Source of the DNA: Lama glama
Taxonomy: Eukaryota
Assembly (NCBI GenBank): GCA_028534125.1
Contig: CM052816.1
Coordinates: 42,100,001-42,164,000 of the forward strand
Direction of reading: 5' to 3'
DNA length: 64,000 nt
The translations under genes and the position numbers were made by a program. Every line of letters begins with the position of its first letter. The first letter of the stretch is position 1. The notes under the pieces are model-generated. The model had not been told where the DNA came from. It did not search any database and saw nothing but the letters and a program-made list of their open reading frames with translations. This document shows positions 63,888 through 64,000 of this stretch, piece by piece.

Positions 63888-63947
63888 CCCTAACTAACCC
63901 TAACTTCCTCTAACCTAATCTCTAACCTTCCTCTAACTAAGCCTAAC
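63888..63947 (+). repeat. Degenerate CTAAC/CCCTAA-rich simple repeat
   Basis: ccctaactaaccctaacttcctctaacctaatctctaaccttcctctaactaagcctaac. Confidence 0.6.
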
Positions 63948-64000
63948 ACCATTTTCCTTTTAGTAGAAGTTGCATATTTTCTAATTTTCCAAGTTCCCCA

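Noticed and set aside
40600..64000. A second protein-coding gene, processed pseudogene or antisense lncRNA exons downstream
   Set aside because: No ORF with recognisable homology or consistent exon structure. Non-coding antisense transcripts cannot be called from sequence alone.

Overview
Mammalian genomic DNA containing the complete PCSK1 gene (prohormone convertase 1/3) on the + strand. It has a CpG-rich promoter with tandem CRE elements, 14 coding exons (1238-37856) that splice via GT-AG junctions into an intact 2262-nt ORF (753 aa), and a probable ~2.7-kb 3' UTR ending near 40574. The last ~23 kb is repeat-rich intergenic sequence (L1, L2, MIR, hAT-Charlie, MLT/MER21 LTRs). A young ~106-bp tRNA-derived SINE and the style of the L1 3' ends suggest a camelid genome (inference). 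I found no well-supported new biological system. The best leads are: a disabled orthologue of the human alternative first exon in intron 1; substitutions at notable PC1/3 residues (N232S, E665, C-terminal REDS); two twin-primed inverted L1 insertions; neuroendocrine miRNA seed sites in the 3' UTR; and RFX X-box candidates. Human reference residues and repeat family names are from memory and need database confirmation.
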